A DNA stretch of 20,000 nt, from NCBI GenBank assembly GCA_000934665.2, contig KZ538400.1:54562-74561 (forward strand), given 5' to 3'. How positions within the stretch are numbered: position 1 is the stretch's first letter; each line of letters begins with the position of its first letter. Shown one piece after another: positions 19,420-20,000 of the stretch. Source of the DNA: Catajapyx aquilonaris. Taxonomy: Eukaryota. Made by a program: the position numbers and the translations under genes. The notes beneath the pieces were generated by a model. That model saw only the letters and a program-made list of their open reading frames with translations. It was not told where the DNA came from and made no database searches.

Positions 19420-20000
19420 ACATGTAAAAAAAATTCAGATCTGCTCTTTAAACTGGCACACAGCTTCCGTCATTTCAACTAGTACTTTGTAAGTTATGAA
19501 TTTTTCTTTTATTATAGGCTACTCTTAGCGGAACACCCTGTATTAAAATGTTGGAGGAATGAATTTTACTGATGGGATGGACCAGCCCCACAATCCAATG
19601 CAAATGATGCAATTTTACAGAAGCGTGCAATTTGATGCCATCTGGAGCCTTTTCATGCATGCACATTTGACTAAACTTGTTGCAAAATTACATGTGTAAT
19701 TGTCATGGATAAAATTATGCAGCACGTGACTCATTTTGAGTAATCAGGCTGGTACCATGTGAACCCTTACTCTTAGTAACATTTTAATAGTTACCAGTGC
19801 ATTAAATAATACTGACTGTGAGTGTCCTGCTCTCTTTTTCATAATGTGGCTATGTACTGCTTAATATCAACATATATAACGTTTGTGCTGTTGACTAGTT
19901 TATAATGGGGAACTAGCCTTGGTCTGGGATTTGGGATTTTTGTTCATAACTAGCTAGCCCATGCCTGTAAACATACATTCCATCACTCTGTTGCATCAAA

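Larger units (their letters stand above)
18187..19540 (+). mobile_element. Internally deleted Tc1/mariner element, rosa/DD41D-like, with ~110-bp TIRs
   Basis: TA at 18185-86 and 19541-42. Ends cagggtgttccgct...aaattcataacgtacaaagtactagttg / caactagtactttgtaagttatgaattt...agcggaacaccctg. Confidence 0.9.

Noticed and set aside
19543..20000. Search for a further CMTR1 exon after 15275
   Set aside because: The candidate acceptor near 19620 hits a stop within about 16 codons in the required phase and shows no CMTR1-like sequence.

Overview
Eukaryotic genomic DNA, probably from an invertebrate and likely an arthropod (inferred from gene style and TE content). It contains part of one intron-rich plus-strand gene, CMTR1 (cap1 mRNA 2'-O-ribose methyltransferase). 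I assembled eight phase-compatible coding exons (6304-15275, about 552 codons) covering an NLS-like motif, the G-patch, and the RrmJ/FtsJ-type methyltransferase domain with an intact K-D-K-E tetrad. One exon (15082-15275) is absent from the ORF track, and the C-terminal exons lie beyond the window. Much of the remaining sequence is nested transposon debris: three copies of a tRNA-derived SINE, two V-domain-like SINEs, a decayed mariner, a decayed rosa/DD41D-like element, and about ten MITEs with TA, TTAA or 3-bp target sites. I found no convincing new protein-coding system. The best leads are RNA-level: a covarying 3' stem-loop shared by two SINE families, an RTE-5'UTR-like snap-back inside a double-ended mariner MITE, and many long intronic inverted repeats in the CMTR1 pre-mRNA.
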